Positions 49,291 to 62,651 of a stretch of 64,000 nucleotides of DNA are shown piece after piece. Positions within the stretch are counted from its first letter, which is position 1; every line of letters starts with the position of its first letter. The notes beneath the pieces are model-generated. The model saw nothing but the letters and a program-made list of their open reading frames with translations. It had not been told where the DNA came from and did not search any database. The translations under genes and the position numbers were made by a program. This DNA comes from Basidiobolus meristosporus CBS 931.73 (taxonomy: Eukaryota; Fungi; Basidiobolomycota): NCBI GenBank assembly GCA_002104905.1, contig MCFE01000360.1, forward strand, positions 1 through 64,000, read 5' to 3'.

Positions 49291-51702
49291 TTAGTTGTCT
49301 TGGAGTTAAGAGAAAGGGTAGTTGTGGGATTGATGGTACCTGTCTCTATAAATACTTAAAGCTGTCCCATCAATTCTGAAATATGCCTGTTTGCATTAGG
49401 ATGCTCGTCAATGCATTAATCAATAACGAACAATCCCTCCAAGTATTTTGATACACTTGATTCAGAACCAATGGCAATCGTATAACATGGGGAAAACAAT
49501 GGGCCTGGTTAGAGGTGAGGATCGCTGAATCCTGATCATGATAGGATGGATAAGGTGCCAATTCCAGGTCTAGTGATAAGCATTGGATGTCTTTCTCCCA
49601 GTGGATGATAAACATTCCTTGTTGAAGACTTGGTAACTAGGTAATCGCTGCTTCAGGCTAGTATCAAAAATTTCCCTTGTGGATCATTACAAGTGAAACA
49701 ACTCGGATGGCACTTCAAAACCGAGCTAATGCCTGAGCTAATCAACCAGCATCCCAACATGGCACCATCTCTCCTAGTTTCGACGCTGAATTTCCACCTC
49801 CTTACTATAGTACATGATTAGGTTTCAAATCACAATATGATCGCTAGAGTAACTAGACATCATAATAGATTGGGTTGATTTCGGGGGCATCGTGTCTTGT
49901 TCGTAGGTTGCCGAAGCCCATGCGAAATCCTCGTAGAAATACCACAAACGCCGGAATATAATCCGAACAATCTGTCCTTTTGCTTCTATCAGATGCGCGC
50001 AGTGGTGAACCTATGGCACCATATGTTTCACAGGTGACTTGGGTTTAGGATTGATATCTTACAATTGCCCCCTACTTTGATTGCGCATTATGCAATCAAG
50101 AGCCCCGACTTTGACTCGGTTCGGACTCTTTCGGGGGGCCGATGGCCTAGATGTCCAAGAAGGGTTGCATTTTGTAGCTGAAATGCGTCGCCAGGTGTAG
50201 ATTTGCCGTTTGAATCCTTTTAGTGGCCATGAAGATCCCCAGTGTTCGCAACAGCCCTCGTGTTATCAATGCTACTGAAGCTAGTGAACTCTACGCCAAC
50301 TACACAATGCTCAAGAAATCATGGTATGTCAGAGGAATACATCCTCCAATCTGATGGACTGAAGACCCATATGTTTCTACGTGGACCAACATTCACATTG
50401 CACTAGGGCCATCCTTGCAACGTACCAGAGTACACCCAGCAAGTTGAATTATATGCTTCAAAGTGCATGACATACCGTGGTAGCAGTAGTAGCGGGTTGA
50501 GAGGCTGCTGATATGATATATGGTTAGATTGGTAGAGTTGTGATCCAGCAGAGAACATACGCTTCTTCAGAATTTGCCGCCAATATTATGTATATGCAAT
50601 CGAATGGGGAATGCTGTAGCACAAAACGATAGATCCTAGTATACTTCGAAGCGATCGATTACAAAATCGATCTTTTCCCCATTATAGGACGCATCACCCC
50701 TGGCTGGGAAGTTGTATTGGGATTGAGCTTTCAACCCGATCAATGTGAAGATTGCCACCGCCATGTCTCTAGAGGTTAGCAAGCCTACTGGTTCGGTGAG
50801 CTCCATGAAACCTCAGCTCTGGTATGGCGTTTATCACACCAAGTAATACTTCCTCTAACGCAGCTGTTACCCATGTTGCTGAATCTGGATAAAATCACAC
50901 CCTGATCAGAATGATGATCTCTTGGTGCACCAATAATCTCACCCGCGGCTCTAGAAAAATCTTGATCCATTTCGAGACCCCCCACAATTGTTATCTAGTT
51001 TGATATCTGCTTGATTGATTGCAAAAAGCAGTCCGGCATTTCTCACGTATATCCTCCAAATCTGGTGAAAGGCCTCATCCACAGATTATCAATATTTACA
51101 TCTTGCAACCGTCCACCTGACTGTCAGAAGTTGTTCTAGCATACGTTAACCCAATGACGTCTCAAGGCCACATATTGTCCCCCTTCTGTGCTCTGAGGCT
51201 ATCGTGGCCCGGATGAAACTAGGCCTGGGCAACAGTAGACGCTTATCGGCTAGAGTTGTTTGACCGGTATTCATCTAAAACTGCGTCTAAGCATAAATTG
51301 GGATGTCTAGTACTGGTCTTATGGCTAGCTATCTATTAAACTAATATCAACCCTATCAAATAGCGAAATCGCTGCACCGTAGTCAACATGGGCTACGATA
51401 GGTGAGAGTATTACACGCTTATCTTAGATAATAGGTGTGGTGAACAAGAAATCTCCAAATATGGACTTGGTTGCGTTGTGCCACTTTCCAAACAGTCATT
51501 TTTCCCTTTTAAAGAAGGGTAGCTATGGGATACATGTGGCACCGTGAGAGCACCCTAAATGTCATTCTCTGAGGATATATAATCACGGTGTATTAACGAT
51601 GAAGCAGCTTCGCATACAACGTTCCTCTTCTTTCAGCGACCCCTTAAAAGCTAATCTTGCCATTTCTCATTTACCACATCTCGTAAACCTTGCCCCAGGA
51701 AA

Positions 51703-53552
51703 ATGACTTTCGGTCCCAATTCTTGGACTCCAGTCCCCGGAGCCTTCATTCAAAAAGTAGGAAAAGGTATCGAGAATGCTCCACCAATATCCTAGAATAC
51801 TCGGCTAACTAGGCTCTAGATGTACATGCGTATAAAAATGAAATCGGACCAAAGGCCGTGGTGGTAATGGGTAGGTGGTTTGTCGGACATGTGATACTTG
51901 TCATTCTATCTGTTAACTATGAGTGCCAAGTGGGATTGCCAGCTAGAGGAAAGAGCTACATTGTTAAAAAGCTGAAGCGGTACCTGTCCTGGTTAGGGTT
52001 CAAGACTATGGTAAGCCTTGGACGCGTTTTCTCTAAAAGCAATGCGACATTGTCGTCCTGTACGGCACAAATCTAACATGGTCGTACCATGCCAGGTGTT
52101 TAATGTTGGAAACAGAAGAAGAACGTGTGCCGTTGAGACAGAAATCAAGACGGGCTGTAAGCAAAATCATACCTCGGACTTCTTCAGCCCAAACAATTCA
52201 GATGCTAAGACTCTGCGTGATCAGCTCGCAATGGACACTTTGAACGAGGTCATTGCGTGGCTGAACGATGGGGGGAAGGTTGGAATCTTAGGTATGTGCT
52301 GGGCTACACTCCGTTGAGCGCTATTCATATGCTGATTCGCATTCTTCCTTACAGACGCGACAAATTCTACAAAAGAGAGAAGGTTCGTAGCTGGTCTACG
52401 ACACGCCTACACATATACTGATCAGTTTCTTTAGACAAAGGATTATTGACCGCTGTGCACGAGAAAGCGATATCAACATCCTATTTGTGGAGAGTATATG
52501 TACAGACCCAAAGGTTTTGGAACGAAACATGCAGTTGAAGCTTTCAGGCCCCGACTACCGGGATCAGGATTCAGAAGCCGCATTGGCAGACTTCCAGGCT
52601 CGGGTGACTAACTATGAAAAGGCCTATGAGACCATTGACGACGAGGAGGACGAGGATATTCAATACTGCAAAATCATCAATGTAGGCAAGAAGGTAAGAA
52701 TGAGGGGCAAAGGAAGTGGCGAGATTGCATAATCGCTAAGTACCGGATTTTCCCGTAGGTGATCGCTCACAATATCCAGACCTTCTTGGCTGGCCAATGC
52801 GTATTTTACCTGATGAATATGAACCTTGCTGAAAGACAAATCTGGCTAACCCGGCATGGCGAGAGTTTGGATAACCAAGGCGGAAAAATCGGCGGTGACT
52901 CTCCGGTAAGTTGGTTGCATTTGACCATGATCATTGTGTAGCCCACGCATGCTAAAAAGTCCTGTAGCTTTCACCTGAAGGCCACGAATATGCAGAGGCG
53001 CTGGCAGCGTTCATGGCCGAAAAGCAGCGGAGTTTCCGATGCTCAGAATCGAACGTGCAACCTCAACTTACTATTTGGACGAGTATGCTGCGACGAGCAG
53101 TTGAAACGGCGGAGAACTTTGACCCCGAAGAGTTCGACATCAAACATATGAAGTTCTTGAATGAAATCTACGCTGGCGTCTGTGAGGGGATGACTTACAA
53201 GGAGATCCAGGAGAAATTCCCTGACGAATTCAAGGCTCGTTCCGCCAGTAAATTCTATTATCGGTATCCAGGAATGGGTGGAGAAAGCTACTGTGATGTG
53301 ATCCAACGACTCTCGCCCGTGATTGTGGAGTTGGAAAGAACCAGAAACAGCGTCCTGATCATCACCCATCGTGCCATCATGCGGTCGCTTTTGGCTTACT
53401 TCATGGACATCCCCCTGCGACAAATGACCAATTTGGAGATCCCATTAAACACGCTCTATTGCATTGAAGCCAAGCCCTATGGCAACGTGTTGTGCAAGTA
53501 CGAATATTCCCTGGATGCGAAAACATTCCTGCAGGTGGAAAACACCATATGA
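51703..53552 (+). CDS. Bifunctional 6-phosphofructo-2-kinase/fructose-2,6-bisphosphatase, multi-exon
   Basis: The spliced model gives VVVMVGLPARGKSY, VFNVGNRRR, DATNSTKERR, ESICTD, IWLTRHGES, LNEIYAG, RYPGMGGESY and HRAIMRSLLAYF. Confidence 0.95.
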
Positions 53553-54304
53553 CGTCGTCACCCTGACTGCTGATCATCTTGCATGCTCTACCCTTCGATA
53601 TAATATTTTTGTTATGCAGTGAAACCTCATTGTTAATTGCAACCCTCTTGAACTATCCAAAGGAAACTAATCGCTCCCGAAATATAGTCATCTATACATG
53701 TCTAAATCACTAGTTCGCTTTAACAATGCTCCATGGTTTCCGCATCCTGTCATCTCGGTAGCACCATATCTTATGCAATATACAGACAGTTGTATGCACT
53801 ATCCTAGGCAAATTTCGAAGCCCAGCTTTCTGAAAGGTCTGGAGTAATGCAAAGTTTATGGCGGTATTTGTGTTATGAGAAACACAGAGAATTCGGAGGT
53901 GATTGGGAGAACAAGCAGATTGTGTGGTTTTCACTTAAAGATATACCGAATGTACAAGTGGTATCTATACCATATAGACAATACCTCCAGCAGTTCCAGT
54001 ATTACTTTATTCATACTCTTCATTCACATTTTTGCTCCTATAGATATATGGCTTGTTCCTTTATATCATCAATGATTGAGCCATATGGCAGTACATATTC
54101 AGATACTGATTTGATATGGCATGTATGTGCATGAAGGCAAAGTTTTATCCTAATTTGATACACACACTCATATGCCATCATTTTATGGCCCCTAAGAAAA
54201 GGCCAGCACAGAAGTATCAAAATATCAACCAAATTATAATTATCAATGTACTTACAACTCCCAATATCCTATGATGGTGTTTTGCTGCCTTGACTCTCTA
54301 ATAT

Positions 54305-55050
54305 CTTTGTGAAAAATGACTGCAATGCTCCTGTCAAAAGGCCATCACAAAATTTCAATCCCATGACCAACAGGTGTTGATGCCACAATGACATCATGCA
54401 AGAACCACAGGATAGGATTGCACCACAGATTTCCCAGAAACTTGGTCAAAATGTTTCATCTCAACAGTATGATGTAGCTTTTGATTGGTTCCCTGCTATT
54501 TCTCTTACATTTTATCCCAGACACTCAATCATTTGCAATATCTGTACACATTGGTTTGCTAGTGTCTCTCTCTCACACACCTCATGTCCTGACTCAACCA
54601 GTGCTTTTACTATTCATGAATACAAGTTGGTCTATTTCTGCTGAATCACCAGTTATAGCTCAATGGCAGCACGTACTGACCTATCCAAGTCCCTGTACAC
54701 TACACTAACCCCTATGAAAAATAATTGTGATGATCCCATCAAAAGGCCATCACAAAATTTAAATCCTATGACTAAGAGGTATTGATGCCAATAAAGCACC
54801 ATGCAAAGACCATTTGAAATAAATTGCACCCCGGATTTCACAAAAATCTTAGTCAAAATTATTCATCACAACCATACATAAGTGGCATTTGATTGGTTCT
54901 CTGGCAATTCTCTCACTTTCTGATCCCAGACACTCAGTTACCTTCCTACATTTGTGTACATTGATTGGCTATTGCCTCTTTTTTGTACTCCTTACTTCTT
55001 GACTCAAGCAATGCTCTTGCTTTTCATGCATATGAATTGGTTCATTTCCT
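54305..55050 (+). repeat. Two diverged direct copies (~405 bp period) of the element's left end
   Basis: AAAAGGCCATCACAAAATTT at 54336 and 54741. TTTGATTGGTT and ATCCCAGACACTCA also occur in both units. Confidence 0.85.
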
Positions 55051-55740
55051 TTCAATTGTTGGTTGTACCTCAATTACCAATTGTATTGACCTATACAAGT
55101 CCCTATACCCTGCACTAATACTAAGCCCAACCCTATACTCAACAAGTAACTCCATTAAAATCCACTACTCAATAAGTATTTCTGCTGTAACACTCTGTTT
55201 CCATGACTTTGGCAGGAATCCTACAGCTTTATGCCACCATTCATTCACTGATTCCCATATGTCCTAATCTTTGGCTGGCACTGCAATGTCTAGCACCTCA
55301 TCTGCTAGTCTTTGCAATAAATCCTTGCAATATTCAGGTCATTTTCTTGAGCACTGCTCTTGAAGAAGTGCTCTAACATCTTAGTGTACATATTAATGTA
55401 ATAAAACTCTACTGAAGTCAATATAATAACCTTTCAAGTTCTTAACATTGTGACTTTGTCTGTTGGCGGAATCTCCACTCTGTCAACAATGGAGGATGTG
55501 GAGGCTGTAGTAGACAAATTGCCTTTCTCTGAAAACTGATCTACCTCACTGGAGTGTAGCTCAACTGGCTGCTCTTCCAACTCTTGTGAAAACAGCTGTT
55601 TTCTTGTTGGTAATTCTTCTTGGCTATGATGGGATTCAATCTATTCTGGGCTTATGGCGTAAATTGGCAAGAACTGCAGCTTTTTTCTTATGCTTCCCTG
55701 TCTCTGGCTTGGGTAGACTTTCTCCCCTTTACCTTATCCC

Positions 55741-56095
55741 TATCACTGCCAGGTCTTTTACTGCTGCTTTGTCTCAGTGCTTCTTGTGTTGTACTGCATT
55801 TTATCCTTGATAAGTGCTGCCCTGATGCATCTGTTTTAGCCTGCTTGTCCCTTGCTGGCACTCTGCAGGCAACCTGATGCATCTTTCCTGCTTGTTTCAA
55901 GCTCTCAGCCCATGCAGTGACAGGTTTCTGAGGTAGCTGCTGGTTTTTATCACTCCCAGGTCCTTCACTGCTATTATGAGTGATTGCTTCTTGAGTGGAA
56001 CTAAGCTTTCTCCTTGATAAATGTTGTGCTGGTGCATCTGTGTCTGCTTGCTTATCCCATATTGGCACTCTTCCAGCTACCTGATGTCCCTTTGA
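55741..56095 (-). repeat. Diverged direct repeat (~150 bp units, 207 bp period) in a minus-strand coding relic
   Basis: CCTTGATAA at 55805 and 56012. ORF 55688-56098 repeats VA(G/C)RVP..DKQA.TDA..QHLSR.K.S.TQEA...SS..PGSD. Confidence 0.8.
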
Positions 56096-56526
56096 CACTT
56101 GTTTGGAGCTTTTGGCCCTGAATTATAGCACTCAGTATCAATCAAGTGCAAACATATCCAATGTATTTGATGGCAAACATTACAAACAGCTAAAAAGCAA
56201 GGGCTACTTTGAAGGTACATATGACCATGCCTTTGCTTTGGCACTTGATGGATTCTCATTAAACAAGTACACTACCAGCAAACCCTGCTGGCCACTGATT
56301 CTCATCAACCTGAATATACTGCATATATTACAGTATCAGAGCAGAAATCCAATGGTAGTCTCACTAGCATCTGGGCCTAAATCTCTCTCCAGCCAGGATA
56401 GCTACCTCTATATATTGCAGGTTGAATTTTGTATGCTTTCAAGCAGGATTACAGAAAATGGCCATCATGACAAAGCATATAGTATTATCTGAATTGGGGA
56501 TACCCCAGCCATCAGCCAGATAGCTG

Positions 56527-56820
56527 ACTTTTCTGGGCACAATGGAAGGTATTACTGTGGAATGTGTGAGATCCAGAGGGCTTACTCCATAACTCACACT
56601 CATTATTATTATTATTACCCAAACACCAACACTAAGAACAGCATCTTCCTGCCAAGACAACATACAGAAGTCAGTAGGTTTTTCCGGGCACAATGGATGG
56701 TATTGCTGTCAAATGTGTGAGATCCAGGGGATATACTCCATAACTCACACACATTATTATTACCCATACACCAGCACTAAGAACATCATCTTTCCACAGA
56801 GAGAGCATACAGAAGTCAGC
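56527..56820 (+). repeat. Tandem duplication (151 bp period) within the transposase relic
   Basis: GGGCACAATGGA, ATGTGTGAGATCCAG, TACTCCATAACTCACAC and CATACAGAAGTCAG each occur twice, 151 bp apart. Confidence 0.88.
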
Positions 56821-58676
56821 ATGTAATTGCAGAAAAGTTGGCAAGCTATAAGCCATTGGCCAGAGTATGGAATCAACCAGAAACTGGAGATACTTAAGAT
56901 AGAGGGTATCTGTTGGAGCAAAAGCTTTCCACTGGGAGCAATGTATATGCTCTCAATAATATCCCTATACTCATGACTAAGTGGTACATGGGGCATTTCA
57001 GCTTAATGGGCCCTTTGAGATCCCCAAGAAATTTGGAAGAATTGGTAAGATATTACAGAGGATCTGCTACTCCAGGTACTTCTCATGGGCTCCAATCAAG
57101 ATTCACATACATATGCATTAATAAAAGTGCAAGGACTGGATGAACTGGATGTATATTTATTCAAGTGTCCTTCTGAAGCCATTTCTACTAAGAGTACATT
57201 GGAAGCATTGGGAGTCATATGTGGACATTGTAGGAATATTTATCCAGTAGTAGGTTGCCAATGCCAACTTGATGCCACTACAGCTTTTGTGGAAGGGGTT
57301 TGTGATGGGCTTTGAGTGGCTATACTACAAACATAAAGCTAGGTATGTAGATATCTGATACTACTATATGCATTCTTTACTCCATCTTGCTTAGTGCATG
57401 GAGAATGTTGAGCCTTGCTTCACCTTTTGGGAGTTTCCTATGGAGCAGATGCATGGGGTGATAGGAAGACAAGTCAAGTTACAGGTACTACCATATCCTA
57501 ATCTCATCAAGAATATTACCTTCAAGTCTGTTATGGATTTGATGAGTTGGCACATGGAGGACAGCCAGGAAGAGCTGGAAAATACTGAGGACAGATGTGC
57601 ACATGGAGAAACCTATGCCTATGGCATTAAGAAGCTAAGCAGCCCCAATGCCTGTGTAATCAGATAAGTAATGCAAAGCTAGGTTGGCTGCAACAAGCAA
57701 CTAATTTTTATTAGGAAAGCTCTACCAAAGTATGCTGGTTTTCTCTTGGTCATAAGCCACTTTCTACACTATTCAATAGAGAGTTCCCACAGTCAAGAGC
57801 CAGAGTACACCTATCTGGGGGACTAGAATCCAGCAGGGAGAGGTATTATATTGGCTAAATACCAAAACACCCTTTGCAGATATTCAGGAGGTATTCATGG
57901 CAGAGGTGGCAGCAACCAAGCATATGTTTGCAAGATGTATACGTTGCCAGCAATACAAGGAATATGGAAACTCTGCATGTATCACACTAAAAAGCTATAA
58001 AGTTGAGGTGGTAGAAGTATGTCTAATGCAGCAGGTGTGCAAGTTTGTAGAGGTTAGTAAACAGGAGGCCATAGTTTTTAGATTCAAACCATGGGTGGAA
58101 TACCCAAGGTATCAGTGGGTAAGTAAATAAAGAGGGGTGATTCTACAGTAAAGTACATGAATTGTGCACGGGGAGGTAGATAAAGGAAAAACCACTTGGC
58201 AGATTGGTATGGTTGCATTATACAGAACTAGCTTTAGGCTGCAATACTGTTGTTGTAATGCTGTCAGAGGCTTGCAATAAGGCTGTCAAAACACTGTCAA
58301 GTTTTCTGCCATATGAGGTAATTGGATGTACATGCTGGTTAGATCCACTCAAATAGTTGTAGAGCACACTAAGACTGCAACAATGCCATGCCACCCCTGG
58401 CAAAAGACTGCCCAGACACTGTAATGTTCCTAACTTTACTTGGTGGTAAATTGGCCAAATGCCATTATGATCTTGTCATAAGATTGTGTAGAGGGTCATT
58501 GATTCCAAGCTGCAGGTATTATTATGGTCTCCTGAGAGGATCCCAAAGGCTGATCTGTGCTGGATCCACCCACAGAACCAATATATTTTTCATAGGGTGT
58601 ATGCAAGATTAATAGATGTGAGTGCTTCTATATTGAGCAAGAACACACAACAGGACTCATTACACAGGATCATACC

Positions 58677-59204
58677 TGTGACAATCCCTACCATTTCCAC
58701 TCCATATTTAATATCCCAATGTTACACATGTTCCAGAATACTTATTCTTATTTGATTGGATGTGTTGTGCCTCTTAGAATCTTCTGGTATCTACTTAGAA
58801 CACTCTTAGCTCATTCTGATGTCATTAAGACTTCTATTGTTCTCTGAAACCTTCTGGAACACCATAATTAGCATTCACAATGAGCAAAGTATATAAAGGA
58901 GGTAATCCTTCAACAATAAATCATCATCTCTTTTATCAATATAACAACTTGTACATTAGTGTGATCACTGCTACCTGCTGCTACCTGAACTTCCAATCCC
59001 TGACCACAGGACACTCCCAGGAAACTGAGCTGACAGCCAACTACTTTTGGAGGCACTACTTATAAGGATCACTTGAAGTAGCTATCTTTTATTATGCTTA
59101 ATACTTTCCCAAGCTTGTTCTTGTACAGGCAAAGATGCTTTTCTGTCTGCAGAACTACTGATCACAGCTGCATTCTTATCAAGTCCTTGCTGGTGGAGTT
59201 TACA
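58677..59204 (+). mobile_element. LTR-like repeat (probable solo LTR); right end uncertain
   Basis: Starts TGTGAC. 58685-58980 aligns to the reverse complement of 62330-62630 (ATCCCTACCATTTC, TTGGATGTG.TGTGCCT.TTAGAA, TTAGCTCAT..TGATGTCAT, CAATAAATCAT, GATCACTGC). Confidence 0.6.
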
Positions 59205-62089
59205 GTTGTTTTGACTATAAAAACATTAGTCATTGTCATCTCAAAGGATGCTGAAGCCAGCACATACTCTTGTTAAGATGCCAACTGAGTTAGTAACTGT
59301 AGCTCAATAGTTTTCCCTCAACCAGCATGTGGTGTTCTTCCCCTTCACCTTAGAGTAGAGACAAAACAAAAGTATTCCTAGAAAGCTTTGCCAGAGGTTT
59401 GTGCACCCAGTGGGCACCCCACACACAAAACACTTGAGAAGTGTGGGGCATATCCCTCTCTTGGACTTATACACCACCACAATGGTCTGTGTTTTGCCTA
59501 AGTCATACTTGACCATTCATTGGTCACTACTGTACCAGCAGTATCTTGCCAGCTGCTTGATACTCTTTTAGCAGCATCTAACCATACTTGTGACCCTGTG
59601 CCAACTGAGTCTGGTGAGGTTGTGACACCTCTAGGCTCAGCTCAGCATTTATACATGGCATGCAGAACAATAGCTCTGAAGGAGAAGGCACACCAATGGA
59701 TTATCAGCCAGTCTTTCCTAACAATAATACTCTGCATAAGCCCAGCAAAATCCCAATATGCAATGAGACAACACCTGTGGAAAAAAATGCTAAGGATAAT
59801 AGACCTGTTCCAATGTTCTATGCCAGGGTGTGCAGTGCAATCTGCGGCTGTTAAGAGCAATTGAGTGCAATATTACGGACACCAGAAGGCATGATTGCTC
59901 TTGGACAATTTTGCACTATATAGGACAATCTTGCATACTATGGCTTAATCTAACACAATGGGGTTGGCACAAATGATTGTGCCTACTTATAAGGTTTGCA
60001 TCATGTGTGCAATTGGATACTACTATTATGGTAGGTAAAATCTGGTATTTGGATATGTTTCTTGATTGTAAATGGAAATAAATACATAGCACAATATGAG
60101 CTATGCTCATACTTACCATTGTGGCTACCATCACTTCAATTGGATGGTATGTTAGTGGTTTATTGATATAAATCTATGCCAAAGCTGTTAGACCCCAACT
60201 GGCTCATTGACCAACACATAAGCTACCAGATTTGTCATTAAATATCCCATTTTGCTCATGAAGCAAGTAAATCCCTAATTTCAGTGATTGGACAAGATGT
60301 AATTGCTAGTACACAATCAATCTGGAGGTGCAATTCAGATCAAATAGCTGCACTGGTGTTACAGATGATTTATATATATGCAGAGTGTTTATTTATGGGG
60401 GGTCTGGTTCAATAAATATGTGATAACTTTGACATTACTTTCATCAGAAATTCAGTGATCTCTGATTTGCAATGGCTCAATTTGGATTGCAGAAAAATGC
60501 ATTGTTTGGATCACAACAAGTGATAGTAATTCAATGCAGTTGCATCATCTTCACCTAGGTTTTTCTCTCAGAGGGACTACTACTGCAGCATTTGGTAGTA
60601 ATTCACTTTTCACACCTAAACTACTTCCTTGTTGACTGTCATCTTGGCTATTTGAGTACTCATAGTCAGTATTTTGCCTCCCAATTTATGAGTGTAGTGC
60701 TGGAGCCTGGCCATGCTGAATTGCTCCAGATGATGTTACAGAGCTGGCCTGAAGTACAATGTGTTGATGCATTCTGTTACTTGCTAGAGACTCTAATGGT
60801 GAAGGCACTTCAAGCAGGTCAACATCAGTCAGTTCACCAGAAGTAACTTGTTGATGGTCATGTGTAATGGCATGCACACATGCAACTTAGTGTGTTGGTA
60901 AGGCCCCTGGCTAAGTTTGATGTGAATCTACATGTTTATGTGACTTGGCTTGCTCCAATGGACTTGTGTCTAATTGAGCAGTTTGGTAAGTACTGGTGAT
61001 ATTGCTCTGAAGCACATGCATTGACTCAATGTGGGGCACACTTGTAAAGTGTGTTGGTGTAGATTGTACTGACATGTGCCAGTGCACTGGTGTTGCAAGG
61101 GATGTTAAAGAGCCCAGCAAGGCATGCTGGCTGAATCTAGATACAGGTGCTTGTGGTCTATATTTGTCCTCTTAAAGCTCACCTTGTGATTCCTCAGGAT
61201 ACTCACCTACCCTCTGTCTGATACTTTGGAACTTTTTCTTGATGAGTCTGGTTTTATTGCTCTCAAACGCTACTTGGCTCTACTGATATATCACATAGTG
61301 CATTAGTCATTTGAGGCCAAACTCTTTCAAAATCACTTAGATTTCCAAAGTTGAGAGACAAATGGACAAATAAAATTAATATTGTTATGACAAAACTTTT
61401 GATGAATGGTTGTTATTTTATACAGTATAACTACTTTTCTATACTAACCTGGTTTATTTTGTTAATGTATCAAATACATTCTCTTAAAAAAAAAACCAAA
61501 AATGAACTTGGATCTGTAAGACTTAATTTTTTGTTTGTTGACTAAGCAATTGGACTAATATTGCAAAAATCAATTGTTTTAAGCTAATATTCATTTGGCA
61601 TTAGGTTTGTTGTCTGAACATCATGCTTATGATTGCATAAACTCTGTTGCTTGTCAACATATTTTGAATACAAAACTTGAAAATGCTACTACAAATTCTT
61701 CACCCACACCCAAAGTTGTATTACAAATTCTAAAAAATTCAACTACTTACAACACTGTTTCTTTCCTTGTATCAAAGCTTTCTGAACCAGGATTTGCCAC
61801 ATTTTTGCTTAAAACAGATCCAACATATTGTCCAAGTTCAAATTTTATAACCAGGTTAATAGCATCAGCATTGTTTAACTATTATACATTGGAATTTCCA
61901 GCTGAAGAATTCATATACAGATAAAAATGTGTATCCTTTTGGATATATTCATAAAACTAATGTGTATGGATATTCCTATTCTATCACACCATTTAATTTA
62001 TACAACAACTGAAATTATTGCAGTCTATCTTCTTATGGTAGTTCATCTAAGAATACCAAAACATCTATTTATTTTTCTATCTCAGACGC

Positions 62090-62640
62090 TGTGGTGGTGC
62101 AGAGGTACTCCGGGGAGAAACTACTCAACTCATGGTGAGTGAGGTGTTTGATGGGTGCAATAACCTCTGTGTCTAAACTGCTGGTATCTTTGTCAATATG
62201 TCACTATGGTTAAAGCTCCTGCTTCTCTAGCTTCCTAGGTGCTCCAAGTGTCTCCAAAGGCCTCTGTGTGTCTTGTGCACTACCCTGAAAAGCTCCTTGA
62301 TGGCAGGTCCAAGATGTACTGTTGAAGGCAGGTGCAGTGATCAACTGCTAATCAATAAGGGAGAAGTGTTACTGATAGAAGGAATGATTTATTGATAAGG
62401 GATTGCTTTCCCTTAAATACTTTTCCTGATTGCCAAGTGATTACTAATGACAAGGCTCTAGAAGATTCTAGGCATCAGTGGAATTCTTGATGACATCACT
62501 ATGAGCTAACAATATGCCAAGAATGTCCTGGAAGGTTCTAAAAGGCACAGCACATCCAACCAATCAGGAATCAGTAGTCTGAAACCTGTGCAATATAGAA
62601 ATACTATATATGGTATTGAAATGGTAGGGATGGTAATACA
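62090..62640 (-). mobile_element. LTR-like repeat (probable solo LTR), inverted relative of 58677-59204
   Basis: TG...CA termini (TGTGG...TACA). Flanks GACGC/GACCT are a possible decayed TSD. Homology to the copy at 58677. Confidence 0.6.
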
Positions 62641-62651
62641 GACCTAGGTCA

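Larger units (their letters stand above)
54305..58597 (+). mobile_element. Decayed CACTA/En-Spm-like (Transposase_21-type) DNA transposon, copy 2
   Basis: Transposase motifs at 56103-57000: VFDGKHYKQL, LALDGF, WPLILINLN, SGPK, GHNGRYYCGMCEI and SFPLGAMY. Inverted ends CCCTATGAAAAAT (54710-54722) and ATTTTTCATAGGG (58585-58597). The left end is tandemly duplicated. Confidence 0.8.

Noticed and set aside
49860-50800. Minus-strand FVIDRFEVY and a chromodomain-like segment suggesting another gypsy relic
   Set aside because: Plausible, but the motifs are too short and degenerate to list as a feature without a profile search.
59304-59516. Zinc-knuckle-like LKCFVCG in a minus-strand ORF (LINE ORF1 or gag relic)
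   Set aside because: His/Cys spacing is incomplete, so the match is too weak to assign. It is probably TE debris.
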